Shown: piece by piece, positions 9,345-21,600 of the stretch | How positions within the stretch are numbered: the first letter of the stretch is position 1 | Layout: every line of letters begins with the position of its first letter | Assembly: GCA_965218695.1 (NCBI GenBank) | Contig: OZ244651.1 | Coordinates: 1,184,001-1,248,000, forward strand | Source: Nitrosopumilus sp. | GTDB taxonomy: Archaea > Thermoproteota > Nitrososphaeria > Nitrososphaerales > Nitrosopumilaceae | Length of the DNA: 64,000 nt | Direction: 5' to 3' | Translations under genes and position numbers: made by a program | Notes under the pieces: generated by a model | Told to the model about the DNA's origin: nothing | The model's input: only the letters and a program-made list of their open reading frames with translations | The model's database searches: none

Positions 9345-10001
9345 GGTCTCTGCAGGCTCCCCGTATTTTTTTGTAGCTATGAACCCAGACGGAAAAACGG
9401 GCGAAACAATCTGCCTGCTACCGTGTATGGGTTCTATCGTTGCCTGGCATTCCTGTGGACCTTTCAAGTGTCCAAGCCACTTAGGCTGAATCCTGATTTC
9501 AACCCAAATCTTGGCAGCATTGGCACAGACAAAATGATGATGATGATGATGATGATGCAATAACAAAAAATGAGACATAATCCCAATTTTTTGATTGATT
9601 TTTGCCTACATCCTAAATACTCAAAAGTACTATTTCCTATTAGCTAATAATCACTACGTTACAGGAAATGGGAGTTTTGAGTAAAAAGGTAAGAGGTCGC
9701 CTTTGCGAAGCGATTTCGTGCCTGATCTGCCCCGATTAATTACCAACTGAGCTACGTTTTCGGCCGTAAATGCCCATTTAATTGGCATTATTCTGAGTTT
9801 TTCCGGGGGAGTCCGACTGAGCTACGTTTTGGCAGATCCGGTGATCGGGCTTGCGAAGTGGCCTTTTTTGGCGCTGTCCGGGGCGGTGCGTTGTGCCCGA
9901 ATCGGGTGGCGGGCCGGCACGGCGGCCTGACATGTCAGGCAACCGGTGCGACGGGAGTCGCGCAGGACATGCAGGGCAGCCATGGATGGATTTTGCAGGA
10001 T

Positions 10002-12972
10002 TTATGCAGCTGTTGCTGCTACTGCCGGTATTTTTTCGACCATGCCTCGCATGTAGTCGACCAAAAAGTCGTGCGGGTTGACGCCGCGCATCCTGCACGT
10101 CTCGCGGATGGTGGCCAGGACGGCGTGGTTGTATGCGCCGGCAAGGCTCTTGCTGCCGCCTGAGACCTTCCGGGATGCGACGCTGGGCCGCAGGGGACGC
10201 TCGGCATCGTTGTTATGGCACTTTGTGTTGAGGCGGATGAATGGGAACAGATGGGTGATCTCGCGCCGCAGCCGCTTGACAAACCGCTTGCAGTGGGGTT
10301 CGGTGTATACCAAAAGTGAAAAGTTGATGCGATTGTCACATATTTTACCGCATCTAGAGTTATACCAATTTCACGTCCCACAGTCAATGAAGATCAAGAC
10401 GATGTTGAAAAGATACACCGCTGAGACAGACTGCGATACCAAGGACCGCATGATGCTGATCATCAGAGTCAAACGTGATGGAATAACCATGAGGGATTCT
10501 GCAAAATCCCTGGGAAAGTCAGCCTCGTGGGGCTACAAGTGGCATGAGCGCTACCTGGAAGTCGGATTTGACAGGCTGGGAAACATGCCGCGCTCCGGCA
10601 GGCCGACCAAGGCGAGCAAGGCAGACATGAAGAAGATCAGAAAGGCCGCATGCAGTAAACCGGTCTGGACGGGCAGGGAGATGCAGCAATACATCCAACA
10701 GAAGACCGGAGTAAAGTACGAACTCGGATATGTGCGCCAGATACTGCGCGGGTGGGGCTATTCCCAAAAGGTTCCCGTAGGAAAACATGCAAGAAGGGCA
10801 CCTGACGAGGAGATCAGGAAATTCCAAAAAGAGATGCCAGAGATTATAAAAAAAGAACAGTGAAGGAACAGTCGTAGCGATACAGGACGAGTCCATAGTA
10901 ATCTCCGATGCGCGGCCGCGAAGACGCGGCTACACCAGGAAGGGAATACGGGCGTTTTTCACGTACACCGGCTCACACTCCAAGACGATAATCCATGGAC
11001 TAATCACCACGGACGGCAGGGGCATGTTCCGGCAGTACGATGCGTTTACCAAGGACACCTTTGAGGACTTTCTAAGGCAGGCGATGTACAGGTTCAAGAA
11101 GATCTGCCTGATCATGGACAAGGCCTCCCAGCACAGGGCATCAAACATACGCAAACTGCTTGATGGCACAGACGGCCTGGAGATAATCTTCCTGCCAACT
11201 GCGACCCCGGACCTGAGCGCCATAGAGACGTACTGGAGGGATCTCAAACGGGCAGTGCTTGACGTGCCGTACACCAGCCTGAGCATGCTCCGCGAGGCGA
11301 TCACCCGGTACACGAGGTACAAAAAACCGAATCTGGTAGTCGAGAATTTTCTGTACAGGGCCATCTAGAACGACATCAAACCGCACCGGATCCACGCCGC
11401 CTAGCGTGTGCCATGCACGGCGCACCAGAGCATGCAATGTCTAATGTTTGGAGCGTCTTTTCTCGTCATTTGGGAATTCAACGCACCTCGTAATTTCCAG
11501 AGACGGCTGTTGCATCAAAAATTTATGAGCGATTTTGATATGAATTTTTCATTGCTGGTATAGCTGCCAGACATCAGGCGCCTCACCCGGGCCAGGAGGT
11601 TGCGCACCTTGAGGTTTCGCGCGGCCTTGTCGTCATGCGGGTTGAGTCCCTTCTCTGCGTGCCAGGAATCGATGATTATCCCCTTTAGGGCCTTGGCAAA
11701 CTTTTTGAATTCTGGCCCCGGGTTTTTCATGGCCAGGGTGCGGATGATCTCGCGGAGATAGTGGTAGTGGCACTTTTGGTGGGTTCTGCCGATGCGGTTC
11801 CACGCGGAGTGTGAATCAGAGGTGACGTGGCCTGCGTACCCTCCAAGCAGGGTCTCCAGCACGTCTCCTCCCCGGCGCTTGTCCACGTAAAAGACAGTCG
11901 AGTTGTCACCGACTAGTATCCACAGCCAGTACAGCACACCGGCTACCCTCCAGCTGGTCTCGTCCCCGAAGACATGCTCTGAGAAGAATATCTCCTCGAG
12001 CATCTCCTCGTAGAGCGGGTGGAGGGATCCTGTCACGGCATCCACGTGGCCGATGACAGTCGACTTTGCAAGGCCCGTGTGGTAGATTATGTTGATCAGC
12101 TTGCGGATGGGTTCGTATGGAATGTTGTACATCCTCATCGTCGTCTCAAGGCACGTCAGGCTGGCGCCGAACCGTCCACCGGGGACGACCCCTGGGATCT
12201 CGGGGGCAAACTGCCTGCCGCATTCCCTGCAGTACCTGCGGACGACGGTATACTGGATGCCGGTCAGCTTCCCGTCGATAATCTCCTCGACTACCCGGAT
12301 GGTCACCTCGGTGGGCTCCTTCGAGAGGGCATGGCCGTGCGGGCAGGCGGGCATGTCGACTAGCTTTTTTTCGGATATCGGGGGAGGATCACGGCCGGTG
12401 CGCAGGCAGACGACCTTCCTGAACGGATTCGGCGCAGGCCCGGGCGATTCCCGGAGCCGCTTCTGGGAGCGGCGGCTTTTGATGCCCAGATTCTCGGCTG
12501 CCAGCGCCGAGTTGGCCGCGCGCGCCTCCCTCAACTGAGAGGCATGCTCTGATGCCTGCTGCTCCAGGCGGGCTATCCTGTCCATGACTGCCTGCGAGAC
12601 GTCGCATCCCTGCAGGAGGGCGGCATTCTCTGCCCGCAGCTTCTCTACCTCTACCTTCAAATTCTCCATATCTCCTCCCAGATTCTCTATCTCTGCATCT
12701 TTCAGCTCTATCTCGGAGTCCTTTTGTTCTATCTCGGAGTCCTTTTGCACATTCTCTTCTTCCAGCAGTTTGATCCTGGCATCCATCTCCGTCAGCATCG
12801 CGTGTTCCCCTGAGAAGGCCTCTGCCTCCTCCTTCAGCTGCTCGATGTCTTTTCTCAGCGCCATGCTCTCCTCGTCCTTGGATTTGAGCATGTCAAGGAC
12901 GGATTCGAAGAGGGACCTGGTGTCTGTTACGGAGTTCCAGTCAATCTTTTCCAAGTCGATTACAGGCACCAC
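10002..12972 (-). pseudogene. IS66 transposase split by IS630 insertion (12972-11561 + 10305-10002, about 571 aa restored)
   Basis: Coiled coil, Zn ribbon (CPHGH..CRECG), GDETSW, TSD, HQKCHYH and NNDAER motifs; removing the IS630 gives in-frame SGSY-TEPHC. Confidence 0.9.
10308..11560 (+). mobile_element. IS630-family element type A, copy 1 (split transposase 10387-11368)
   Basis: TA duplication; imperfect TIRs TACCAAAAGTGAAAA/TACCAGCAATGAAAA; HTH ORF then DDE frame (QDES, MDKA, IETYW). Confidence 0.92.
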
Positions 12973-13262
12973 GCCATAACACGGGAAGGCATGATCCATA
13001 AAGCTTTTGGGCACGCAGCGCCTGCCGGAAAATGCGGCGCAAAAGATCCAACCGGAAGAGCCTTGATCCGAAAACCGCCCTGTCTGAGGACCGTGTTGAT
13101 AACGTGCAATTAATCGGGTATTTATGGTCAAAAACGTAGCTCAGTTGGTAATTAATCGGGACAGATCAGGCACGGAATCGCTTCGCAAAGGCGACCTCTT
13201 ACTCAAAAAGGTATAGCACAAATGGACTAATTTGGAAACCAGATCCTGGCACCTGTCTTAAA

Positions 13263-13622
13263 TTATTTTATACGATTGTAGATCGCCTTGAACTCCTCGG
13301 AAATATCATATGCGGTGTTTAGTATTTTGGTAAGCTGATTCATCGATGTCAAGCCATTTCCAACTTGTCTTAAAATGGTCAGAGCCTTTTGCGGGGATGC
13401 TGGAGACGGTGGCCTCTGGCTGGTCCATGTCTTAAAAGAATTACTCACGTCCAAACAAAAATTCAAAACAAATTGCCTCCAGTTTGGCATTTTACTTAGT
13501 TTCTTTCCCCCCAAGAGTGCTTCAGACAGCTCACGGAACTCGTTTTTCCTATCCACATACAGCATCTCAAGCGCCCCCTCAATCTTTTCTTCACTGTATT
13601 CTGGAGTGTTTAACATGTACAT
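13263..13622 (-). CDS. Hypothetical protein
   Basis: Helical globular ORF starting at MYMLNTPEY; upstream extension looks non-coding. Confidence 0.65.
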   Translation of the reverse strand: MYMLNTPEYSEEKIEGALEMLYVDRKNEFRELSEALLGGKKLSKMPNWRQFVLNFCLDVSNSFKTWTSQRPPSPASPQKALTILRQVGNGLTSMNQLTKILNTAYDISEEFKAIYNRIK

Positions 13623-13953
13623 TCCAACCAAATCCATAAAGTGACTTACACTTTGTGGTATATAAATAACATAATTGCTCGGGCAGATAGTCGCCATCAT
13701 TTGGGATTGGATTCGGTATAGAGAAGAGACGGAAATGATGAACAAACACGGTGCCTTGAAATACGCCGGCCAGGTCAGGCAGGAATGGAATTGTTTGGGC
13801 AAATGGCAAAAATCAGAATTATAGAAATTGCTAATGCAAGTTATCTGCCCTTTTTCTCTTACTATACCTAAGATCAAAAGTTCGTGTGGAGCAACAGGTT
13901 TTTTCGTTTACATAATTGATTAATTTCCGATGAAACCGCGTCGTTCGATACTA

Positions 13954-15041
13954 TAGTGTCGATCAAAAGTTTTTTACATTTAGGGACTTTCTACAGATAA
14001 ACTCCATTACGTCAATCCTTGGACGCGCGGTCCTGAAATACTCCGACATCGCGTTGCGCATCTGCACTATCGTGGCATAGTACTCGGACACCAGCACGTT
14101 ACGTTTTGCCTGGTGCCAGTACTCCTCCACGCCGCTAAGCTCGGGCGTTGCAGCTGGAAGCCACATGACCTTGATGTCGGGATTTTCCTTTAGAAATTTC
14201 ATCACGATCCTTGACTTGTGTTGTGGCGCATTATCCATGATTACGACCACCTTTCCAAAATGCCTGACCAGATCCTTGAGATACTGCAGGACCGTCTCCT
14301 TGTCAAATTTTTCATGCGTCCTGAAGAACTGCCTGCCGTCTGTTACAATGGAACCGTATGCCACCACCTTTCCGTGCCGTCCCTTGTATGTCGTGACAAT
14401 CGGCTCGCCTTCTGGCGACCAATACTTTACGCCCGATGCCGGATCGTCTACAAATATGGCCTCGTCAAAGACGACTGGGAGAAAACCCTTCTCTTGCAGG
14501 CGTGAAATCCGCCTTTTGGCGTTGCGCTGCCACTGCCTGATCTTTTTGATCCCTGGCCTGTTGACGTGGATGCGCTGGACCGTCTTGGCAGACAGGCCAA
14601 GCCTGTGCATTATCTTTGTGACGTTTGAAATGTGGTATGTCACCTTGAATTCTTTGCGTATGTTTTCTTTGAGCTGCTTTGGAGTTGTGATGCTGCCAGT
14701 CCTTGCTGCAAGCCCCGCAATCTTCTCAAGCCCGACCTTGGGCGGCCTGCCCGGGCGGGGCCTGTCTTCCAGGCCTGCAAGACCCTCGCTTTCAAAGTGC
14801 CGGACCCAGCTTGTGACAGTGTGCGGGTCGCAAAAGCACAGTGATGCCACCTCGGATACGCCCAGCCCCCTGATCTTGACCATGCAGACGGCGTGGATCC
14901 TACCCTTTATGGTTCCCCTCTTCTCTTTCTTGTAGGCCTGGATTAACAGCTTTTTGCTTTTTTCATCCATGTGGGCGGTAGTGCGGAGTGATCAAAAAAT
15001 GTTACGCTCAGACTGACGTAGAAGACTTTTGATTGACACTA
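13954..15041 (-). mobile_element. IS630-family element type D, intact transposase 13963-14970
   Basis: TA duplication; TIR TAGTGTC(G/A)ATCAAAAGT; FDEA, MDNA and VEEYW motifs. Confidence 0.93.
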
Positions 15042-15324
15042 TACGTAGAGACGGCCTGGCACATGTCCGAAGACGTTTTGTAATGTTGAAACCGGCAGTC
15101 TGCGCTTTCCCTAACGCGAGCATTCTTCCATGGCGTTCAGGTACGATAACCCTTTGGCAAATAGGTTGTATACCAGCAATGAAAAATTCATATCAAAATC
15201 GCTCATAAATTTTTGATGCGACATCCATCTCTGGAAATTACGAGGTGCGTTGAATTCCCAAATGACGAGAAAAGACGCCCCGAACATTAGACATTGGTAA
15301 GTGTTCACGTGGTTTAACTCATTT

Positions 15325-16731
15325 TTAGGCGTATTTTGCAATCTCCGCCAAGTAATCCAATTTCTTGTTTTTCCATGTCATTACACATGAAAAGAAATTC
15401 GCCATCCACGTCATCGTCTCCTCTGCCCTTATGCTGCCCCGTATTTTTCTGTGCACGACTATCTCGCGCAACCCGCGTTCTGCAGCATTGTTTGTAGGCG
15501 GGATCTTTGGGTTCAGCACGAACCGGAACAGGTCGCTGCCAGCATTGCTGATCTTGACCATGAATTTTTCCAATATTGGATCGTCGGCGTACCTTGCAAC
15601 GATCTTTTCGATGCATGACGTCAGCATGGCAGACGCGTTGTCCCGGAGAGAGCGCAAGCGTTTCCTGCTTGCCCTTCTGGCATAATCATAGATTATGCGC
15701 AGGTGCTTCAGGACGTTGCGCGCGCCTGGGCAGTCCGGATTGCGGTTGCAGATGTCCCTGGCCTCGCGTATTATGTGCGACCAGCAGCGCTGGACGCGGT
15801 ATTTTCCGTACGCCGTCCAGCCGTCGCACACTAACGTGCCGTCCCAACCCCCAAGCGCTTCTTTCAGAACCTTTGCCCCCCGGCTGTCCCGTATCACGTA
15901 CAGCGCGTGCCCGGTCAGCGGATCGTGCAGTATCCACACCCAGACGTTGCGGCCGTTTAGGTGAATCGATGTCTCGTCGGCGTGCAGTATCTTGGCCTTG
16001 CGTATCATGGCGGCAATGGCTGCCGCAGGGGCGCCCAGCGACGTTCCCAGCCTGCGCATTATGTTGTGCGCCGTGCCCGAGGAGAGTGTAATTCCGTACC
16101 GCGACATGCGGTCTGCGATCATCCTAAACGGCATGCGACACACGTAATCGTCTGCAACATCAGTCGTTATGCTCGGATCGTAGCTGCCCTTGTCTGGAAG
16201 GCCGGTCTCGGGCTTGATGTCCACCAGACCGCAGGAGCAGCGACACGTGTTTATGGTGTGGCGCGTGGTGATGACCTTTATCGTGCGCTCCACCTTGGTA
16301 ATGTCGCGTTTTTCTGACTGCACTATGGAAAGGCTACCCGAGCCGCATTCGGGGCAGGCCTCCGGGGTGTGTTCCTCAAACTCGGTGGGTTTTGGCTTGC
16401 GGGTGCGGCCCATGTGGCCTTTTTGCCCCCCGCGCGACTTCCCGCTGCCGGCCGCATCCACGCGGTCCTTTTGATCCCGGGAGGCTTTTGTGGATTTATT
16501 GTAGGCATTCTTTTCGTCGCCTTTTCCCTTTGTGTCAGGCCATCCGGGCCCCCTTTTTTGTGATGACGGGGTGTTGTAATTGTCATGCCGCACCAGCCTG
16601 CGCTTAAGATCAGCAACTGCCAGATTCAATTCCTCAATTATCTGCCCTTGCATCTCAATCGTCTGCTTGAGCTTGATGTTCTCAGTCTTGAGATCCGTGT
16701 ACATCTTTTTGAGTTCAGCCTGGCTTTTCAC
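15325..16731 (-). CDS. IS66-family transposase
   Basis: NTPSS, GGQKGH, CPECG, HADET, VCDG, VQRCWSH and TNNAAER motifs. Confidence 0.93.
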   Translation of the reverse strand: MKSQAELKKMYTDLKTENIKLKQTIEMQGQIIEELNLAVADLKRRLVRHDNYNTPSSQKRGPGWPDTKGKGDEKNAYNKSTKASRDQKDRVDAAGSGKSRGGQKGHMGRTRKPKPTEFEEHTPEACPECGSGSLSIVQSEKRDITKVERTIKVITTRHTINTCRCSCGLVDIKPETGLPDKGSYDPSITTDVADDYVCRMPFRMIADRMSRYGITLSSGTAHNIMRRLGTSLGAPAAAIAAMIRKAKILHADETSIHLNGRNVWVWILHDPLTGHALYVIRDSRGAKVLKEALGGWDGTLVCDGWTAYGKYRVQRCWSHIIREARDICNRNPDCPGARNVLKHLRIIYDYARRASRKRLRSLRDNASAMLTSCIEKIVARYADDPILEKFMVKISNAGSDLFRFVLNPKIPPTNNAAERGLREIVVHRKIRGSIRAEETMTWMANFFSCVMTWKNKKLDYLAEIAKYA

Positions 16732-17482
16732 ATCGGGTTTGGATTACCATCCTATTTGGATCTGTGGTTTGCACAAAATTTACCCAAGAGTGAACTGAAT
16801 TAGGCACGACGTGAACACTTACGATTTATTGTAGGCATTCTTTTCGTCGCCTTTTCCCTTTGTGTCAGGCCATCCGGGCCCCCTTTTTTGTGATGACGGG
16901 GTGTTGTAATTGTCATGCCGCACCAGCCTGCGCTTAAGATCAGCAACTGCCAGATTCAATTCCTCAATTATCTGCCCTTGCATCTCAATCGTCTGCTTGA
17001 GCTTGATGTTCTCAGTCTTGAGATCCGTGTACATCTTTTTGAGTTCAGCCTGGCTTTTCACATCGGGTTTGGATTACCATCCTATTTGGATCTGTGGTTT
17101 GCACAAAATTTACCCAAGAGTGAACTGAATTAGGCACGACGTGAACACTTACGATTTATTGTAGGCATTCTTTTCGTCGCCTTTTCCCTTTGTGTCAGGC
17201 CATCCGGGCCCCCTTTTTTGTGATGACGGGGTGTTGTAATTGTCATGCCGCACCAGCCTGCGCTTAAGATCAGCAACTGCCAGATTCAATTCCTCAATTA
17301 TCTGCCCTTGCATCTCAATCGTCTGCTTGAGCTTGATGTTCTCAGTCTTGAGATCCGTGTACATCTTTTTGAGTTCAGCCTGGCTTTTCACATCGGGTTT
17401 GGATTACCATCCTATTTGGATCTGTGGTTTGCACAAAATTTACCCAAGAGTGAACTGAATTAGGCACGACGTGAACACTTAC
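16493..17482 (-). repeat. Three tandem 330-bp copies of the IS66 5' end
   Basis: Units 16493-16822, 16823-17152 and 17153-17482 appear identical; extra units encode 80-aa truncated transposases. Confidence 0.95.
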
Positions 17483-18629
17483 AGACATTGCATGCTCTGA
17501 TGCGCCGTGCATGGCACACGCTAGGCGGCGTGGATCCGGTGTGGTTTGATGTCGTTCTAGATGGCCCTGTACAGAAAATTCTCGACTACCAGATTTGGTT
17601 TTTTGTACCTCGCGTACCTGGTGATCGCCTCGCGGAGCATGCTCAGGCTGGTGTACTGCACGTCAAGCACTGCCCGTTTGAGATCCCTCCAGTACGTCTC
17701 TATGGCGCTCAGGTCCGGGGTCGCAGTTGGCAGGAAGATTATCTCCAGGCCGTCTGTGCCATCAAGCAGTTTGCGTATGTTTGATGCCCTGTGCTGGGAG
17801 GCCTTGTCCATGATCAGGCAGATCTTCTTGAACCTGTACATCGCCTGCCTTAGAAAGTCCTCAAAGGTGTCCTTGGTAAACGCATCGTACTGCCGGAACA
17901 TGCCCCTGCCGTCCGTGGTGATTAGTCCATGGATTATCGTCTTGGAGTGTGAGCCGGTGTACGTGAAAAACGCCCGTATTCCCTTCCTGGTGTAGCCGCG
18001 TCTTCGCGGCCGCGCATCGGAGATTACTATGGACTCGTCCTGTATCGCTACGACTGTTCCTTCACTGTTCTTTTTTTTATAAGCTCTGGCATCTCTTTTT
18101 GGAATTTCCTGATCTCCTCGTCAGGCGCCCTTCTTGCATGTTTTCCTACGGGAACCTTTTGGGAATAGCCCCACCCGCGCAGTATCTGGCGCACATATCC
18201 GAGTTCGTACTTTACTCCGGTCTTCTGTTGGATGTATTGCTGCATCTCCATGCCAGTCCAGACAGGTTTCCTGCATGCGGCCTTTCTGATCTTCTTCATG
18301 TCTGCCTTGCTCGCCTTGGTCGGCCTGCCGGAGCGCGGCATGTTTCCCAGCCTGTCAAATCCGACTTCCAGGTAGCGCTCGTGCCACTTGTAGCCCCACG
18401 AGGCTGACTTTCCCAGGGATTTTGCAGAATCCCTCATGGTTATTCCATCACGTTTGACTCTGATGATCAGCATCATGCGGTCCTTGGTATCGCAGTCTGT
18501 CTCAGCGGCGTATCTTTTCAACATCGTCTTGATCTTCATTGACTGTGGGACGTGAAATTGGTATAACTTTAGATGTGGTAAAATATGTGACAATCGCATC
18601 AACTTTTCACTTTTGGTATATGTTATCCG

Positions 18630-21600
18630 TAGTCGTGGCCATAGCAATCCGGACACTTTTAGCAAAAACCCCATCATTTACCACAATTAAATCCCACATT
18701 ATGCAGGTTTCATGCAATGCCAGAAAAATACGCCAGAATACACGTGGGCGACCGTGCAAGTCGCGTCATCGGTGCTGCGCCTGTAAATGTCTGACTATGC
18801 CCTAGGATGCTTGCGCATCCAGGCTGTCAATGAACAGGTTCCAAGAGACAAGCGGATCATCCTTTTTGGGCAGCAGGTAGTCCATCAGCTTGACCGGCCT
18901 TGCCTCGGCTCGTTTGACCATTGTCGTGATCGTCTCCTTTAGATCATCCACGGAATCAAGCATCATGCCGGCAACCCGTTTTTTGATCTCCCTGATCTGG
19001 ATTTCAGTCGGGTTCAGCTGGGGCGTGTAGGGTGGCAGAAATATCAGTTCCAAGCCCAAACGCGGATCCTTGTTGACTGATTCGACATGATTCATGACTG
19101 TCTTTGATTTGTGGTACGAGGCGTTATCCAGGATCATGACAATTTTTGGGTATTCCCCCTGGAGTTCCTTCAGGGTCTCCACAAACGTATCGGAGTTTGT
19201 GGCATCGGCAGTCCACACGTGCAGCCCTCCCTCCCTTACGGCACAGAACATCTTGGCTCCCTTTTTTGAGAAATTGGTTGGAAGCGTGTCCCCTCCGTTG
19301 GTGGTCCGCCATGCGTAGCCGTTGTTCGAATACATCTGGACGGTTCCCTCGTCCCACGTAAATGCGACGTATCCCTTCTTCTCCGTGCGTAAATCCTCCA
19401 GCCTGGCACTTGTCTCCCCCTTGAACCTCTCCTGCTCATCTTTTGAAGCCGAATTATGCGGAACGGGATTGAGTTTTCTGTATGACTTGTGTATCTTGCG
19501 CAGCGCCCTTCGAATCGTGCGCATGCTGCAGACGGTTCCCGCCTTGACCTTGATCAGCTCCAGTATGGTATTCCACTGCCAGTCGCCGGCCCCCAGTCCG
19601 TGTTTGTCAGGTTTCTCTGCCAGCCATTTGCTTAGGTTCTTGAGGCATGCGTTGTCCAGTATCCTCTTTTTGCCCCTGCGCCTCTTGTCGAACCTGCCTT
19701 TTGGTCCGCGCTTGTGCATCCTGAGCAGCCAGTCATATACGAGATCTCATGCAGAATGTGCCTGACCTAAAAAACTGAATTAAACTGGGTTATTCCTACA
19801 TGCAGCACCACATGCAGTCGAATATTCACAGAACCGTAAAGCATGCCAATCCAGGAACGGCAACCGAAACATTAAGATCGGTGGTCTTTACGCCACACCG
19901 TGATGGCAATGCTGGCAGAACCGATCGTGCAGAGAATACGGCAGGAAAACGAGTCGCTCAGGGAATCAGGAGAACTCCACAGGCAGAGGATCAGGGCCCT
20001 CAGGGAGGCACGCAGGACAGACAGGCAGAAGGGCGAGGCCCTCAAGGAACGCCTGACTGACCACTGGACCATCACGTCTAGGTTTCTTGACGACATCATA
20101 AAATATCCTGAATTCCTGCACGCCATGACGCTGCGCACCCCGGAAAGGTTTGACCACACGCTGAACCGCCTCAAGGAGCTTTTGGAGCGGAACGGGGAGA
20201 CTGCGCTCTTTTGGGAAGTTGGGAGCAGATCAAAAAACTCCGGAAGCAGGCGCATCCTGCCCCTGAGGCACGCGTACCTGCTGTGGCTGTTTCGGGCAAG
20301 GCTGAGCATACCGCAGGAAGCCCTTGCCGCGATGTTTGGCGTCGACCAGGCCACCGTCTCCAGGTATCTTCCCCTGATGACCCGGCTGCTAGGCGAGACA
20401 GGCACGGCGCCGCGCAAAATCAGCGAGGCTGCACAAAAGGCCAGGACGTTTGAGGAGAGCAAGAAGATAATACCCGGCAGGAGGGGAGGAGAACTGATGG
20501 TGGACGGCACGCACAACCGGGTCAGAAGATCCGCGGACAAGGAGAGGCGCAAAAAGACGTACTCTGGCAAGAAGAAGGCGCACACGTACAACACCAACAT
20601 CGTGATCAACAAGCGCCGCGTGATAGTTGCGATAAGCAAGACCGTTCCGGGCAGCGTCCACGACAAGACCCTGCTCAACGAGGATCCGCCAAACCTTGGA
20701 ATCATCACTGCAAGGATGGGCCAGAAGGACGTGCCCGAAAAGGAAAAGCCCTATGTCCTGACCGACAAGGGCTACCAGGGGACAAGGGAGGAATATCCCG
20801 GATGGCACATCAGGCACCCGTACAAGAAAAAGCCTGGTGCCGACAAGAAGACAGGTGGCCTGACAAAGAAGCAGCGCGCCTACAACAAGAGGGTAAACAG
20901 TTCCCGGGTGGCCATAGAGCACGTCATAGGGAACCTGAAGCAGTACAAGAGGCTGACTGACCCGTACGACGGCACCGAAGAGGAGTACAACGACGAGCTC
21001 AACGCGATTGCAGGAATGGTAAACCAGGATCTGATGTGGGACGAAATAAAACTCAGGGACGCGGACCTTCTCAAGAGGCTGGCAGAAGAAAGGGCGCGCC
21101 TCTGAGGCAGGGCGGCATGAGCCGCTTGGACGGAGTAAAAGATGCAGCAGTGCAAAAATGCCGCGCATGGCATTCGGATTCGCATGAATCTCCCCCTCCA
21201 ATTCACCATGAAACAATCTGCCGCTCTGGTGGACAGATGCCGCACATCCGCCGGACGTGTCTTGCTTTTCATTCTTGGAAACTAGATTTTTCACATGGAC
21301 GAACAAGACGAATTTGTAAAATATGTGGCAGGTGGGATTTTCAGATACGGCCATGCCCGGCGCAGTTCGGACGTGATTTTATGGTTTGCCGCGTCAGGCG
21401 CATTCTGCATAGGATCTACGGTGCTGCGCGGAACATACAGTTCTGCTGCTATCTTTCGAATGCTCATGCCCCTTTTTCTCAGACAGGCAGCCATCATCCT
21501 GATTTTAGCCACCCCCTTTACCCTTCTGGCAATTTTGGCTATCTTTCTGGCCCTTGTCTTCGGCATGAATTTGTTCCCCGATGGAAGTTTTTGAGGGCGG

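Larger units (their letters stand above)
9689..13202 (-). mobile_element. IS66-family element 'L' (single ORF, long TIRs), interrupted by an IS630
   Basis: GTAA...TTAC ends; TIR 70/72 identical, extendable to about 96 bp; flanks gtaaaaag/tcaaaaag (6/8). Confidence 0.9.
15297..17482 (-). mobile_element. IS66-family element 'S' (single-ORF, ISBst12-like), copy 1, with triplicated 5' end
   Basis: TIR GTAAGTGTTCACGT; 8-bp duplication AGACATTG flanks the whole unit. Confidence 0.93.
15171..18618 (-). mobile_element. IS630-family element type A, copy 2 (transposase 18539-17557), with an IS66 in its 3' tail
   Basis: Near-identical to 10308-11560; TA duplication at 15169 and 18619. Confidence 0.92.

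Noticed and set aside
9345-9578. His-tagged N-terminal extension of the Rieske ferredoxin
   Set aside because: The pure (CAT)8 microsatellite and intergenic-like composition suggest chance; the domain starts naturally at MMDRIK.
13131-13202. Possible tRNA starting GTAGCTCAGTTGGTA
   Set aside because: No anticodon arm, T-loop or acceptor stem; it is part of an IS66 TIR.
16493-17482. Possible DGR template/variable repeats
   Set aside because: Units appear identical with no adenine-specific variation, and there is no reverse transcriptase in the window.
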